A stretch of DNA of 64,000 nucleotides from an uncultured Actinomycetes bacterium. Its GTDB lineage: Bacteria > Actinomycetota > Acidimicrobiia > IMCC26256 > BP-133. Under the pieces are notes generated by a model. It did no database searches. It had not been told where the DNA came from and saw only the letters and a list, made by a program, of their open reading frames with translations. Both the position numbers and the translations under genes were made by a program. The DNA is taken from NCBI GenBank assembly GCA_963723985.1, contig CAVRTC010000003.1:55914-119913 (forward strand). The letters are read 5' to 3'. Of the stretch, positions 16,194 to 27,686 are shown in pieces (the first letter of the stretch is position 1; each line of letters begins with the position of its first letter).

Positions 16194-17111
16194 CTACCGG
16201 TACTCCTCCACGACGAGTGACCATCCTTCGTAGGAGCCGGATCCGCCGCTGTTGAAGAAGGCCCGCAGGTTCCACTGGCCGGGAGCGACGTGTCGCTCGG
16301 CCTGCACGACGTCGGGGCAGTCCTGGTAGTACGGGGCCGGCTGGTTGGAGTACAGGGTGGCTGAGGCGCAGCCCGGGCCGCCCTCCGCCGGGTTCGCCAC
16401 CGGCTCTTCCAGCCACACCTCGGCGATGTAGGACGGCGGCTGAGGGCCGAGAGGATCGTGCAGCCATTCCTGCCCGTCGTGGAAGACCCTGAGCCGGACG
16501 TGGCCCGACTGGAGGGTCACCGGCCGCGTGTCGATGTGGAACTCGTTCCACCACGCGAAACGCCCAATCTCCACCCAGGTCGCCGCCGCCGGAACCACCG
16601 TGGTCGTGGTCGTGGTGGTCGGGGCAGCCGTCGTGGTCGTGGTGGACTTCGGCTTCGTCGTCGTCGGCGTCGAATTCGGCGCCCCGGTGGTCGTCGTCGA
16701 CGGCGATGCCGTCGTCATCGTCGGTCCGGCCTGACCCCCGGCCGGTGTCGACGTCTGGGTTGTCGACGATGATGGCGACGAAGGCGATGACGGCGCCGAT
16801 CCCGTCGTGCTCGTGGCCCCACCGCCACCCGGGGACGTTTCCGGTGTGCTCGAGCCGGAGTCCTTCTCCTTCGACGCTCCGCCCTTCGAGCGGTCTTTCT
16901 GCCGCCCCGACGGCGCGTCCGGATCGGGCAGCGTCGTCATCCACGACAGCTCGGAGCTCACCGATGTCGGCGTGGTGCTCCCGCCGAACTCCAAGCCCGT
17001 CTGCACCTGCTCCGACTCCGATTCGTCCGGTACACCGACGGTCAGTGTCAAGCCGACGAGCAGCGCGAACAGAGCGGCAACAACGACGAGAAGCCAACGG
17101 CTGGGGTTCAC
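16194..17111 (-). CDS. Membrane-anchored surface protein with a Thr/Ser/Pro-rich linker and a ~130-aa C-terminal globular domain
   Basis: N-terminal TM WLLVVVAALFALLVGLTL, a long TTTT/PS low-complexity linker, then WVEIGRFAWWNEFHIDTRPVTLQSGHVRLRVFHDGQEW.. Confidence 0.65.
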   Translation of the reverse strand: MNPSRWLLVVVAALFALLVGLTLTVGVPDESESEQVQTGLEFGGSTTPTSVSSELSWMTTLPDPDAPSGRQKDRSKGGASKEKDSGSSTPETSPGGGGATSTTGSAPSSPSSPSSSTTQTSTPAGGQAGPTMTTASPSTTTTGAPNSTPTTTKPKSTTTTTAAPTTTTTTTVVPAAATWVEIGRFAWWNEFHIDTRPVTLQSGHVRLRVFHDGQEWLHDPLGPQPPSYIAEVWLEEPVANPAEGGPGCASATLYSNQPAPYYQDCPDVVQAERHVAPGQWNLRAFFNSGGSGSYEGWSLVVEEYR

Positions 17112-17281
17112 CGGGTGTGTTTCGATAACGCCGTCTTAACATCCTCGGGGGATGAACCACACGAGCCGGCCCAAACACGGCCGACCTCCGCAAAATTCTT
17201 TACAAGCGGCCTTTGCCCACTCGGAAAAGCATGGGTAGATTGACGTGACCGAATGCTCAGTCAGTACCGGGAGGAGCCTTC

Positions 17282-18062
17282 ATGGTTGGCGTCCGGTTGG
17301 TCGAACTCTTCTTCCTGGTGGCGTGGGTGGCGGGGTTCTGGGTGTTTTGGACGCATACCCGGCGCGCTCTCCTCCTCGGGGTGTACGTGGGGTGCACGCT
17401 GTCGTGGACCCACGACTGGGTGTTGGCCGGGCCGGAGATCTGGCGGATGGACTTCCATCCCGACACGATCTGGATCGCCACCTGGGGCTCCCGGCCGGAG
17501 GCACTGTGGGCTCCTTTGTCCTACGGCGCCTTCTTCGGCTTGGCCATCTTCGTGTGGCTCAAGCATTTCGAACCTTCGATGCGGGCCCGCCTCGGCGCCT
17601 GGCGCTACCTGGCGCTGTTCCCGGCGATCTTCGTGGGCAACGCCGTCGTGGAAGGGGCCATCATCGAATGGGCCCACACCAACCGGTACCACCAGCCCGA
17701 CAACTGGCTGGTGCTCAACCTGCCCTGGCTGCACCTGGTCACCACCGGGATGATGGTCACCGGCATCCTGTTCTTCACCGTCGAAGCCCTACGGATACTC
17801 GAGCACTTCGGCTGGCGGGACCTCGAGCCCGCCGGCCAGCCCGCCACCATTCCGGCGGAGCGGGTCCTGGCTCCGGCCGGCGGCGCACTCCAATCACAGC
17901 CGAACAGCCGGCCTGGCGGCGGCACCCGGCCAGGCCGTCGTCCCCCGCCGGGTCCGGACCGCCCTCTTCGTGGTCGGAGTGGCGCTGCCCCAGGCCGGCT
18001 TCACCGCCGCCACCATGGTCGGTCTCTACCTCTACGACTGGGTCGGGGTGCCCCTCCGCTGA
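17282..18062 (+). CDS. Trp-rich polytopic membrane protein, possible frameshift near 17880-17930
   Basis: Several TM segments (LFFLVAWVAGFWVFW, YGAFFGLAIFVWL, TTGMMVTGILFFTV). A final TM-like tail TALFVVGVALPQAGFTAATMVGLYLYDWVGVPLR* lies in another frame ending at 18062, while the original frame turns Arg/Pro/Gly-rich. Confidence 0.5.
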
Positions 18063-18075
18063 GGCTCATCCGGCC

Positions 18076-20352
18076 CTACGCCGCCGGCACCCCTCGCCGG
18101 TTCTCGCCGAAGAGCAGGTCGGTGGCGCCGACCTGGCTGCGGGCCCGAACCAGCGCCACGAACTCGTCGGCCGGCACCGGCTTGCTGAACAGGTAGCCCT
18201 GCATCTCGTCGCAGCCCCGGGCGGCCAGGTAGGCCAGTTGGTCGGCGGTCTCGACCCCTTCGGCGATCACCTTCAGGCCGAGGCTGTGACCAAGGGCGAT
18301 CACGGCGGTGACGATCGTGTCGGAGCCGCCGGACAGCTCGGTGATGAAGGACCGGTCGATCTTCAGGCCGTCGATGGGAAGGCGGTTCAGGTAGCTCAAC
18401 CCGCAGTAGCCCGTCCCGAAGTCGTCGATGGAGCACGTCACGCCCACGGCCCGCAGCTCCTCGATCTGCTGCACCGTCACCTCGAGGCTCTCGAGCGCCG
18501 CGCTCTCGGTCAGCTCCAGCTCCAGGGACCGGCCGGGGATGCAGGCCATGCGCAGAACGCTCGTCACGTACTCGGCCAGGCCCTGACGGAGCTGGCAGGG
18601 CGACACGTTGACCGCCACCGTGAGGTCGGGAAGCCCGTCCATCCGCCAGGCGGCGACCTGCTCGCAGGCGGCGGCGATGACCCACTCGCCCAAGGCCCCG
18701 ATGAGCCCGGTCTGTTCCGCCAGCGGAACGAACGAGTCGGGGAACAGCAGCCCCTTCTCGGGATGGTTCCACCGGACCAGCGCCTCGGCGCCGGTGACAC
18801 GGCCCGTCCGCAGGTCGACCTTCGGCTGGTAGTGCAGGACGAACTCGTCGGCCTCGAGGCCCCGGCGGAGCGCCGCCTCGAGGGCCAGGCGCTCGTTGGC
18901 CTCGTGGCGCAACGCCGGGCTGAAGATCTCGAACGTGTTCCGGCCCCGTTCCTTGGCGACGTACATCGCGGCGTCGGCGCCCTCGACGACGGTGTCGGCC
19001 TCGTCGCCGTCCTGGGGGAAGAGGCTGATCCCGATGCTGGGGCTCACCACCACCGCCTGGCCGGCGATCTCCACCGGGTCGGCCAGGGAGGCCAGGAGCC
19101 GGCGGGCCACGGCCACCGCCCCCTCGATGCCCGCCACGTGCGGGAGCAGGAGGGCGAACTCGTCGCCACCGAGCCGGGCGACGGTGTCCTCGTCCCGCAG
19201 GCACGCTTGCATCCGCTCCGCCACATGGCGGAGCAGCTCGTCGCCGGCGGCGTGACCCAGGCTGTCGTTGACCTCCTTGAACCGGTCGAGGTCGACGACC
19301 ATGACCGCCACCGGCAGGCCGTTGCGACGGGCGTGGGCCAGAGCCCGGGACAGCCGGTCACTGAAGAGCATCCGGTTGGGCAGGCCGGTCAGACCATCGC
19401 GTTCGGCGCGCCGTTCGATGACGCTGCGCTGCAGCAGGAGGCTGCCCAGGTAGGCGGCCAGGACGACCGAGGCCACGCCGGCACCCAGGGCCGGGGCCGG
19501 GGGGATCGCCTGCTGGCGGATGGCATGAATGGCGATCACGGCCGGCGGGGCCAGCATCCCCATCTGGGTGAGCACGAGATGGGCGGCGCTGAAGCGGGCG
19601 GGCTCCCCGATGAGGGGCTCGAACAGCCGCCGGGCGCTGGGGTCGAGTGCCGTGACCGCCAGCAGAGCGAAGGCCACCACCATCAGCGCCGACACAACCC
19701 CGTTGGACAGGCCCTGGCCGTTGAAGAGCGCCAGGGCCGACGCCAGGTGCGCCCCGAAGAGGAACCCCAGCCCGAGGGCCGTACCCCGGTAGACGAAGAT
19801 CCGCTCCCCGGGCAGGAGCAGCAGGTGGACGGCCAGGGTGAGCAGGAGCAGGTCGAGAGCCGCCAGCGCCACCGCCAACTCCGCCCCGCCGAGAGGGATT
19901 CCGAGCCGGATCCGGGCCGGGCTGACCAGCACCCACAGCCCGAGGGCGAACGTGGTGGCCACCAGTCCGGCCTGCACGAGCACGTCGGCCGCCCGGTCGG
20001 GTAGCCGGGCGCTCTGCAGCCGCAGGAGCCCGACGATCAGCAGCGGGTAGGCGACGAGCCCGACCGTGCGCAAGCCCGCTCCGGCGCGGGGGCCGGAGCC
20101 GATGCCGGCGTTGGTGAGCGCCAGCACGGCCACGCCGACGGTGAGGAACAGGCAGGGGTCGATCCAACCGGCGGGGACCCGGGGCGGGCGGGGACGGCGG
20201 TGAAGGACGAGCCCGAAGGCCATGGCGGCCGCGGTCGGGACCCCGGCGGCGGGAATGGGCCCGAACCCCGCCCCGAAGAACAGGCCGGCGGCCAGCACGA
20301 GCGCGCCGGCCACGGCCAGGACCCTCGAGGCAATACCGGAGAGGTTGTCCAC
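18076..20352 (-). CDS. Membrane-bound GGDEF-EAL protein (diguanylate cyclase/phosphodiesterase)
   Basis: About 9 N-terminal TM helices. GGDEF domain (LTGLPNR..VVDLDRFKEVND..ARLGGDEFALL). EAL domain (EALVRWNHP..DDFGTGYCGLSYLNRLPIDGLKIDRSF). Confidence 0.9.
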   Translation of the reverse strand: MDNLSGIASRVLAVAGALVLAAGLFFGAGFGPIPAAGVPTAAAMAFGLVLHRRPRPPRVPAGWIDPCLFLTVGVAVLALTNAGIGSGPRAGAGLRTVGLVAYPLLIVGLLRLQSARLPDRAADVLVQAGLVATTFALGLWVLVSPARIRLGIPLGGAELAVALAALDLLLLTLAVHLLLLPGERIFVYRGTALGLGFLFGAHLASALALFNGQGLSNGVVSALMVVAFALLAVTALDPSARRLFEPLIGEPARFSAAHLVLTQMGMLAPPAVIAIHAIRQQAIPPAPALGAGVASVVLAAYLGSLLLQRSVIERRAERDGLTGLPNRMLFSDRLSRALAHARRNGLPVAVMVVDLDRFKEVNDSLGHAAGDELLRHVAERMQACLRDEDTVARLGGDEFALLLPHVAGIEGAVAVARRLLASLADPVEIAGQAVVVSPSIGISLFPQDGDEADTVVEGADAAMYVAKERGRNTFEIFSPALRHEANERLALEAALRRGLEADEFVLHYQPKVDLRTGRVTGAEALVRWNHPEKGLLFPDSFVPLAEQTGLIGALGEWVIAAACEQVAAWRMDGLPDLTVAVNVSPCQLRQGLAEYVTSVLRMACIPGRSLELELTESAALESLEVTVQQIEELRAVGVTCSIDDFGTGYCGLSYLNRLPIDGLKIDRSFITELSGGSDTIVTAVIALGHSLGLKVIAEGVETADQLAYLAARGCDEMQGYLFSKPVPADEFVALVRARSQVGATDLLFGENRRGVPAA

Positions 20353-20436
20353 GTCCCTTCAGGTATCGGGACCACCACTTCCGGGGCTGAGGACGCCATC
20401 ACCCCACAACGGGCGATCCCGTGAGGACGCAACCGC

Positions 20437-20700
20437 TTAAAAGCGGTGGATCACCCACTCGACGCCCTGGATGAAGCGCCAGCCGAGGTAGACGACCAGG
20501 GCGGCGCCCAGGATCTTCAGGTGCAGGGGGACGGGCGGCTGCTCCTCCTCGGCGGCGGGCATGTCCTCCGTGTCGGTGGTGGGAGCGGCCGGCGGGTGCG
20601 ACCGGCCGGGCTCGACCGGGTGCCCGCAGCTCGGGCAGTGGCCCTCGGGCGTGACCGTCGGCGGAGACAGGAAACGGTCGCAGGTCGGGCACCAGGGCAC
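20437..20700 (-). CDS. Small zinc-ribbon protein with a C-terminal TM helix (87 aa)
   Basis: CPTC..x17..CPSC, an acidic linker, then LKILGAALVVYLGWRFI. The GTG start lies 9 nt after the HMG-CoA lyase stop. Confidence 0.5.
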   Translation of the reverse strand: MPWCPTCDRFLSPPTVTPEGHCPSCGHPVEPGRSHPPAAPTTDTEDMPAAEEEQPPVPLHLKILGAALVVYLGWRFIQGVEWVIHRF

Positions 20701-20709
20701 GACGGTCCT

Positions 20710-21615
20710 CTACCCCGCGGAAGCGAGCTGGGTCCTCGGGCCGGCCCGCATCACCTGGCCGGGGAGGCGCCGGCCGACGATCTCCTCGGCGAGGTGGGCG
20801 GCGGCGATCAGCCCGTCCAGGGAGATCCCGGTGGCGAGACCGAGGTCCTCGATCATGTGCACGAGGTCCTCGGTGGCGACGTTGCCCGACGCGCCGGGGG
20901 CGTAGGGACAACCGCCCAGGCCCCCGATGGAAGCGTCGAAGCGGGACACGCCCCGCCCCAGGGCGGCGTAGGCGTTGGCCAGGCCCGTCCCCCGGGTGTC
21001 ATGGAAGTGGAGCCCGACGAGGCCGAGGTCGATCCCGGCCGCTTCGACGGCGTCGAGCAGCAGCCCGACCCGGCGGGGTGTGCCCATCCCGGTCGTGTCG
21101 CCGAAGAACACGGTGTCGGCGCCGAGGTCGAGGAGGCGCCGGGCGTAGGAGGCCACCACGGCCGGGTCGATGTCGCCCTCGTAGGGGCAGCCGAAGGCGG
21201 TGGCGACGGCGGCATCGACGGGCCGGCCGGCGGCGTGGGCCAGCTCCACGATCCCGGCGATCTCCTCCAGCGTCTCCTCCGGCGTGCGCTTGATGTTCTT
21301 CAGGTTGTGGGTCGTGCTGGCCGACACGAACGCCTCCAGCTCGTCGGCGCCGGCGGCCAGGGCCCGCTCGGCGCCCCGCCGGTTCGGCACCAGCGCGGTG
21401 AAGGCCACGCCCGGCCGGCGCGGCACCGCCGCCAGCACCTCCTCGGCGCCGGCCATGGCCGGGATGGCCGCCGGGTGCACGAAGGACGCGGCCTCGATGC
21501 GGCGCACCCCGGCGTCGACCAGCGCCGCGATCAGGCGGAGGCGGTCGGCCACCGGCACCGGCGCCTCGTTCTGCAACCCGTCGCGGGGCCCCACCTCGCG
21601 GATCTCACACGGCAC
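20710..21615 (-). CDS. Hydroxymethylglutaryl-CoA lyase
   Basis: EIREVGPRDGLQNE..FVHPAAIPAMA..HFHDTRGTGLANAYAAL..GGLGGCPYAPGASGNVATEDLV. GTG at 21615 is preceded by GGGAGA; the ORF extends to 21708. Confidence 0.9.
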   Translation of the reverse strand: MPCEIREVGPRDGLQNEAPVPVADRLRLIAALVDAGVRRIEAASFVHPAAIPAMAGAEEVLAAVPRRPGVAFTALVPNRRGAERALAAGADELEAFVSASTTHNLKNIKRTPEETLEEIAGIVELAHAAGRPVDAAVATAFGCPYEGDIDPAVVASYARRLLDLGADTVFFGDTTGMGTPRRVGLLLDAVEAAGIDLGLVGLHFHDTRGTGLANAYAALGRGVSRFDASIGGLGGCPYAPGASGNVATEDLVHMIEDLGLATGISLDGLIAAAHLAEEIVGRRLPGQVMRAGPRTQLASAG

Positions 21616-21657
21616 GATCGAATTCTCCCACAACTGGCCTCCGAACCTAACGCTTGG

Positions 21658-21663
21658 TAGGGT
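21658..21663 (+). promoter_or_regulatory. Candidate -10 (TAGGGT) 7 nt upstream of the TetR GTG start (leaderless transcript)
   Basis: cttggTAGGGTaaccgatGTG in the 55-bp divergent intergenic region. Confidence 0.3.
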
Positions 21664-21670
21664 AACCGAT

Positions 21671-22254
21671 GTGGTCGTCGTCCGCCGAGCCGACGAGATC
21701 GTCGACATCGCCGCCCGCCTGTTCTACGAGCGGGGCTATCCAGAGCGTCTCGACCCGGGCGCTGGCCCAGGCGGCCGGAATCCAGGGCGGTTCGCTCTAC
21801 CACCACTTCGCCTCCAAGGAGGAGATCCTCTACCGCATCATGCAGTACGGCTCCGGGGGGTTCTTCGCCGGTCTTCTTCCTCACCTCGAGGCCTCCGACG
21901 CCACGCACCGGGAGCGGCTCGAGCGCTTCGTCCGGGCCTACATCACCGACGCCCAGCCCCGCCGCTACGCCATCGCCGTGCTCTTCCGCGACATGGCCCA
22001 TCTCTCCCCGCAGCACTTCGTCGAGCTCCAGGCCGTACGCCGCCGCTTCCAGCAGGCCGTGCAGCGGTTCCTGGCCGACGGCGTGACCGCCGGGCGAGTT
22101 CGCCGTGCCTGACGCCAAGCTGGCGGGCATCGCCGTCCTCGACCTCCTCAAAGGGGTCGACGCCTGGATGCGCGAGCCCGGCCGGCTCGGCCGCCGGCAG
22201 GTGGCCGACACCTACGCCGTCCTCATCCTTCAGCTCATGGGAGCCACCGCGGTC

Positions 22255-22258
<4 letters not shown>
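21671..22258 (+). CDS. TetR-family regulator (liu/atu-type context), 2-3 frameshifts
   Basis: [15 protein letters not shown] (frame a), [33 protein letters not shown] (frame b) and [21 protein letters not shown] (frame c) together rebuild a normal TetR. The 3' end is uncertain. Confidence 0.7.
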
Positions 22259-23859
<1,601 letters not shown>

Positions 23860-23866
23860 AGGTCTC

Positions 23867-25930
23867 ATGGCAACCAACCCCATCCTCAAGAAGAAGAGCC
23901 CGCACCACGTGCCTACGGTCCTCGTCGCCAACCGGGGCGAGATCGCCGTGCGCGTGTTCCGCACCGCCCGGCGCATGGGGCTGCGCTGCGCCGCCGTCTA
24001 CTCCGAGGCCGACTTCGGCGCGCCGTTCGTCCGGATGGCCGACGCCGCCTACTGCATCGGCCCCGCCCCGGCCGCCCAGTCGTACCTCCGGGCCGACCGC
24101 ATCCTGGAAGCGGCCCGGGCGCTGCGGGCCGACCTCATCCATCCCGGCTTCGGGTTCCTGTCGGAAGACGCCGGCTTCGGACGGGCGGTGGAGGCGGCCG
24201 GCTACGGCTTCGTCGGCCCGCCCCCCGACGTGCTCGCCGCCATGGGCGGCAAGGACGAGGCGAAGCGGATCGCCCAAGCGGCCGGCGTCCCGGTGCTGCC
24301 CGGTTACGGGGGGACCGACCAGGACGACGGCGCCCTGGAGCGGGCGGCCAAGGAGATTGGCTACCCGCTGATCGTCAAGCCGGCGGCCGGCGGCGGCGGC
24401 AAGGGCATGGCCGTCGTCCGCTCGGAGGCCGACCTCATCCCCGCCCTGGAGTCGGCCCGCCGGGTGGCGGCCGGCGCCTTCGGCGACACCAAGCTGCTGC
24501 TGGAGCGGTACCTGCCGGCCCCCCGCCACGTCGAGGTCCAGGTGATGGCCGACGCCTTCGGCTCGGTGATCCACCTCGGCGAGCGCGACTGCTCGCTCCA
24601 GCGCCGCCACCAGAAGATCCTGGAGGAGACGCCGTCGCCCATCGTGAGCCCGGCGCTGCGGGAACGCCTGACTGGCGCGGCCGTGGCGCTGTGCCGCCAC
24701 GTCGGCTACCGCAACGCCGGAACCTGCGAGTTCCTCGTCGACGACGATGGTGAGACCTTCGGGTTCATCGAGATGAACGCCCGGCTCCAGGTGGAGCACC
24801 CCGTGACCGAGATGGTCACCGGCCTCGACCTCGTCGAGCTCCAGCTCCGGGTGGCCATGGGTGAGCCACTGCCCCTCACCCAGAACGACGTCACCCCCAC
24901 CGGCCATGCCATCGAGGTCCGCCTCTACGCCGAAGACCCCGACGCCGGCTTCCTGCCGCAGTCGGGCCGGCTCCTGCACGTCCGCTGGCCCGACGAGGCC
25001 CGCGTCGACTCCGGTGTCGACGAGGGCGCCGAGGTCACGACGCACTACGACCCCATGCTGGCCAAGGTGATCGTCCACGCCGACGACCGCCCGGCGGCGC
25101 TGGCGGAACTGGCCGACGCCCTGGCGCAGACCGAGGTGCTCGGAGTGCGCACGAACCTGCCGTTCCTCCGCATGCTGGCCGCCGACGAGACCGTCCAGGC
25201 GGGGCGGGTCACCACGACATGGCTGGAGTCAGCTCATGCGGGCTGGACGTCGGGGCTCGACGACGCGGAGATCCCCGAGCCGGCCATCGCCCTGGCCGGA
25301 GCCGCCGAGGCGGCCCGCATCCTCGTCGAGTCACGCCGTTCCGGACCCGACCCCTGGTCGGCGGCAGGGCCGTGGCGGCACCTTGATCCCGGGCCGACCC
25401 ACGTGGTCGTCCAGGCCGGCGACGACTCGACGGAATCGTCGGCTGTCGCCAAGGGCGAGCACACCATCGACGTCCGGGGGACCGGCCCCTTCCGGGTCGG
25501 CGACCTCACCCTCGTCCCGGCGGACCCCGATCACGAACCCGACGGCGACACTCACGGCTGGGCCGTCTTCGAGGGGCCCGAAGGAGCGGATGGGGTGCGG
25601 GCGGCGGCGGTCGCCATCCCCGGCTCGGTCCATGTCTACTGGAACGGTCAGCCCTACGAGCTGCCCCTCGGCATCCGGCCCCGGCTGGTCGACGCCGAGG
25701 GCGGCCCGGCCCAGCTCGGCGCCCCCATGCCCGGCACGGTCATCGCCGTGAAGGTGGCTGCCGGCGACACCGTCGAGCGGGGCCAGACCCTCGTCGTGGT
25801 CGAGGCGATGAAGATGGAACTCGAGGTCAAGGCCGCCGCCGACGGCATCGTCTCCGCCGTCCTGTGCAACACCGGCGACACCGTCACCAAAGGCCAGCCA
25901 CTGGTCGCCCTGGAGGGTGCCCCGGAATAG
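23867..25930 (+). CDS. Methylcrotonyl/acyl-CoA carboxylase alpha subunit (biotin carboxylase + BCCP)
   Basis: VLVANRGEIAVRVFRTA, an ATP-grasp core, and C-terminal biotinylation EAMKME. Confidence 0.92.
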   Translation: MATNPILKKKSPHHVPTVLVANRGEIAVRVFRTARRMGLRCAAVYSEADFGAPFVRMADAAYCIGPAPAAQSYLRADRILEAARALRADLIHPGFGFLSEDAGFGRAVEAAGYGFVGPPPDVLAAMGGKDEAKRIAQAAGVPVLPGYGGTDQDDGALERAAKEIGYPLIVKPAAGGGGKGMAVVRSEADLIPALESARRVAAGAFGDTKLLLERYLPAPRHVEVQVMADAFGSVIHLGERDCSLQRRHQKILEETPSPIVSPALRERLTGAAVALCRHVGYRNAGTCEFLVDDDGETFGFIEMNARLQVEHPVTEMVTGLDLVELQLRVAMGEPLPLTQNDVTPTGHAIEVRLYAEDPDAGFLPQSGRLLHVRWPDEARVDSGVDEGAEVTTHYDPMLAKVIVHADDRPAALAELADALAQTEVLGVRTNLPFLRMLAADETVQAGRVTTTWLESAHAGWTSGLDDAEIPEPAIALAGAAEAARILVESRRSGPDPWSAAGPWRHLDPGPTHVVVQAGDDSTESSAVAKGEHTIDVRGTGPFRVGDLTLVPADPDHEPDGDTHGWAVFEGPEGADGVRAAAVAIPGSVHVYWNGQPYELPLGIRPRLVDAEGGPAQLGAPMPGTVIAVKVAAGDTVERGQTLVVVEAMKMELEVKAAADGIVSAVLCNTGDTVTKGQPLVALEGAPE

Positions 25931-25963
25931 CCACGACAGCCGCCGCAGCTCATCGGGCCGGCG

Positions 25964-26007
25964 CGAGTGGCGAAGGCCCCCGGAGCTTGGTAGCGACTAC
26001 TCCTGAC
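25964..26007 (+). promoter_or_regulatory. Bipartite conserved element CGAGTGG-N11-GGAGCTTGGTAGCGACTACTCCTGAC upstream of the acyl-CoA synthetase operon
   Basis: Same architecture and spacing as 33115..33158. The 26-nt core is 23/26 identical and contains GTAG-N3-CTAC dyad symmetry. Confidence 0.55.
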
Positions 26008-26038
26008 GGGGTCACCGACGCCGCGGTTTGCTGGGAGC

Positions 26039-27673
26039 ATGGTTCTCGTCCAGAAGTCGGTCGACTCCCAGGAACTCACCATTCCGGGCTTGCTCGAGCG
26101 CCAAGCCGACGCCCAGCCGGACAAGATCTGTATGTACTTCCCGGACGCCGCCGTGACCTACGAGGAGATGCACCGCCGGTCCACGGCGGTGGCCAACCGT
26201 CTCCTCGAACTCGGCACCGGGCCCGGTGACCGGGTGGCGGTCCTGATGTACAACTCGGCCGACGTGCTCTACACATGGTTCGCCACCGCCAAGCTCGGCG
26301 CCCTCTTCGTTCCGATCAACGTCAACTACCAGGGTGAGTACCTCCGCCATCAGCTGGACTCGGCCGGCACGCGGATCGTCGTCGCCGACGAGAGCCTGGC
26401 TCCCCGCGTCCTGAACGTCAGTCCCGGGGTCGAATCCCTCAGCCATGTCGTCGTCCGCCCCGACGGAAGCGACGGCCTCCTCGCCAGCCCCCCGGGCGGA
26501 GACCGGCTGGGCATCCATCCGATGAGCACCCTCCTCGACGGGCCCGACGACAGCCTGAAACAGGGCCGGCGACCCTGCTGGACGGATCCCAACGCCATCA
26601 TGTACACGGCGGGGACGACCGGCCCGTCGAAAGGGGCCGTGCTGACCCAGAACTACCTCGTCCGGTCGGCGGCCCAGGTCTTCGACATGCGGGACGGGCG
26701 ATCCGACGACGTCTGCTACAGCCCGCTGCCGCTGTTCCACCTGAACTCCATGCTCCTGAGCGTCCTAGGCCCGATGACGAAAGGCGCAACCGGTGCGCTC
26801 GACACCTGGTTCAGCGCCTCCGCCTTCTGGGACCGGGTGCGGCACTTCCGGGCGACGCAGATCTCGATCCTGGGGTCGATGATCGTGATGCTCTGGCAGC
26901 GCCCCGAGTCTCCCGACGATGCCGACAACCCGGCCCGGGTGATGCTGGCGGTCCCCGTCCCCGCTGACATCCACCGACGTTTCGAGGAACGGTTCGGCCT
27001 GCGGCTCGTCGTAGCCTATGGGCTCTCCGAAGCGGTCCCGATCCTGGTGTCGTCGTTCGACGACCCTCCCCCGCCGGGATACTCAGGTAAGCCCAACCCG
27101 CTCTTCGACGTCCAACTCGTCGACGAGGCCGACAACCCCGTGCCTCCCGGCACCGTGGGGGAGATCGTGTGCCGGCCCCGCGAACCCCACGTGATGTTCG
27201 AGGGGTACTTCAACAACCCGGAAGCCACCCTCGCCGTGTTCCGGAACCTCTGGTTCCACACCGGAGACCTCGGCCGTGCCGACGACCAGGGTTTCGTCGA
27301 GTTCGTCGACCGGAAGAAGGACTACCTGCGCCGACGGGGCGAGAACATCTCCTCCTTCGAGGTCGAGCAGGCGATCATGCTCCATTCTGCCGTCGCCGAG
27401 GTGGCGGTCCACGCCGTGGAGAGCGACTTCTCGGAAGACGACGTCAAGGCGTGCGTCGTCCTGCAGGACGGGCACGCCCTCGACCCGGTCGAGCTCATGG
27501 ACCACTGCGTGGCCAACATGCCGTACTTCGCCGTTCCCCGCTACCTCGAGTTTATGGACGAACTGCCGAAGAACCCGGTGGGCCGCGTCCTCAAGTATCA
27601 GCTGCGGGAACGGCCCGGAGGCCCCGACACATGGGACCGGGAGGTCGCCGGCTACGAGGTGCGCCGGTTATGA
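26039..27673 (+). CDS. AMP-dependent acyl-CoA synthetase/ligase
   Basis: IMYTAGTTGPSKGAVLTQ (AMP-binding motif I), YGLSE, WFHTGDLGRAD, and RKKDYLRRRGENIS. Confidence 0.9.
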   Translation: MVLVQKSVDSQELTIPGLLERQADAQPDKICMYFPDAAVTYEEMHRRSTAVANRLLELGTGPGDRVAVLMYNSADVLYTWFATAKLGALFVPINVNYQGEYLRHQLDSAGTRIVVADESLAPRVLNVSPGVESLSHVVVRPDGSDGLLASPPGGDRLGIHPMSTLLDGPDDSLKQGRRPCWTDPNAIMYTAGTTGPSKGAVLTQNYLVRSAAQVFDMRDGRSDDVCYSPLPLFHLNSMLLSVLGPMTKGATGALDTWFSASAFWDRVRHFRATQISILGSMIVMLWQRPESPDDADNPARVMLAVPVPADIHRRFEERFGLRLVVAYGLSEAVPILVSSFDDPPPPGYSGKPNPLFDVQLVDEADNPVPPGTVGEIVCRPREPHVMFEGYFNNPEATLAVFRNLWFHTGDLGRADDQGFVEFVDRKKDYLRRRGENISSFEVEQAIMLHSAVAEVAVHAVESDFSEDDVKACVVLQDGHALDPVELMDHCVANMPYFAVPRYLEFMDELPKNPVGRVLKYQLRERPGGPDTWDREVAGYEVRRL

Positions 27674-27686
27674 GGGCGGTCGGCCG

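Noticed and set aside
17245-20004. 919-aa plus-strand ORF, the longest in this region
   Set aside because: It is antisense to the well-supported GGDEF-EAL gene. The translation is Arg/Pro/Gly/His-rich low complexity with no motifs, a typical shadow ORF of high-GC DNA.
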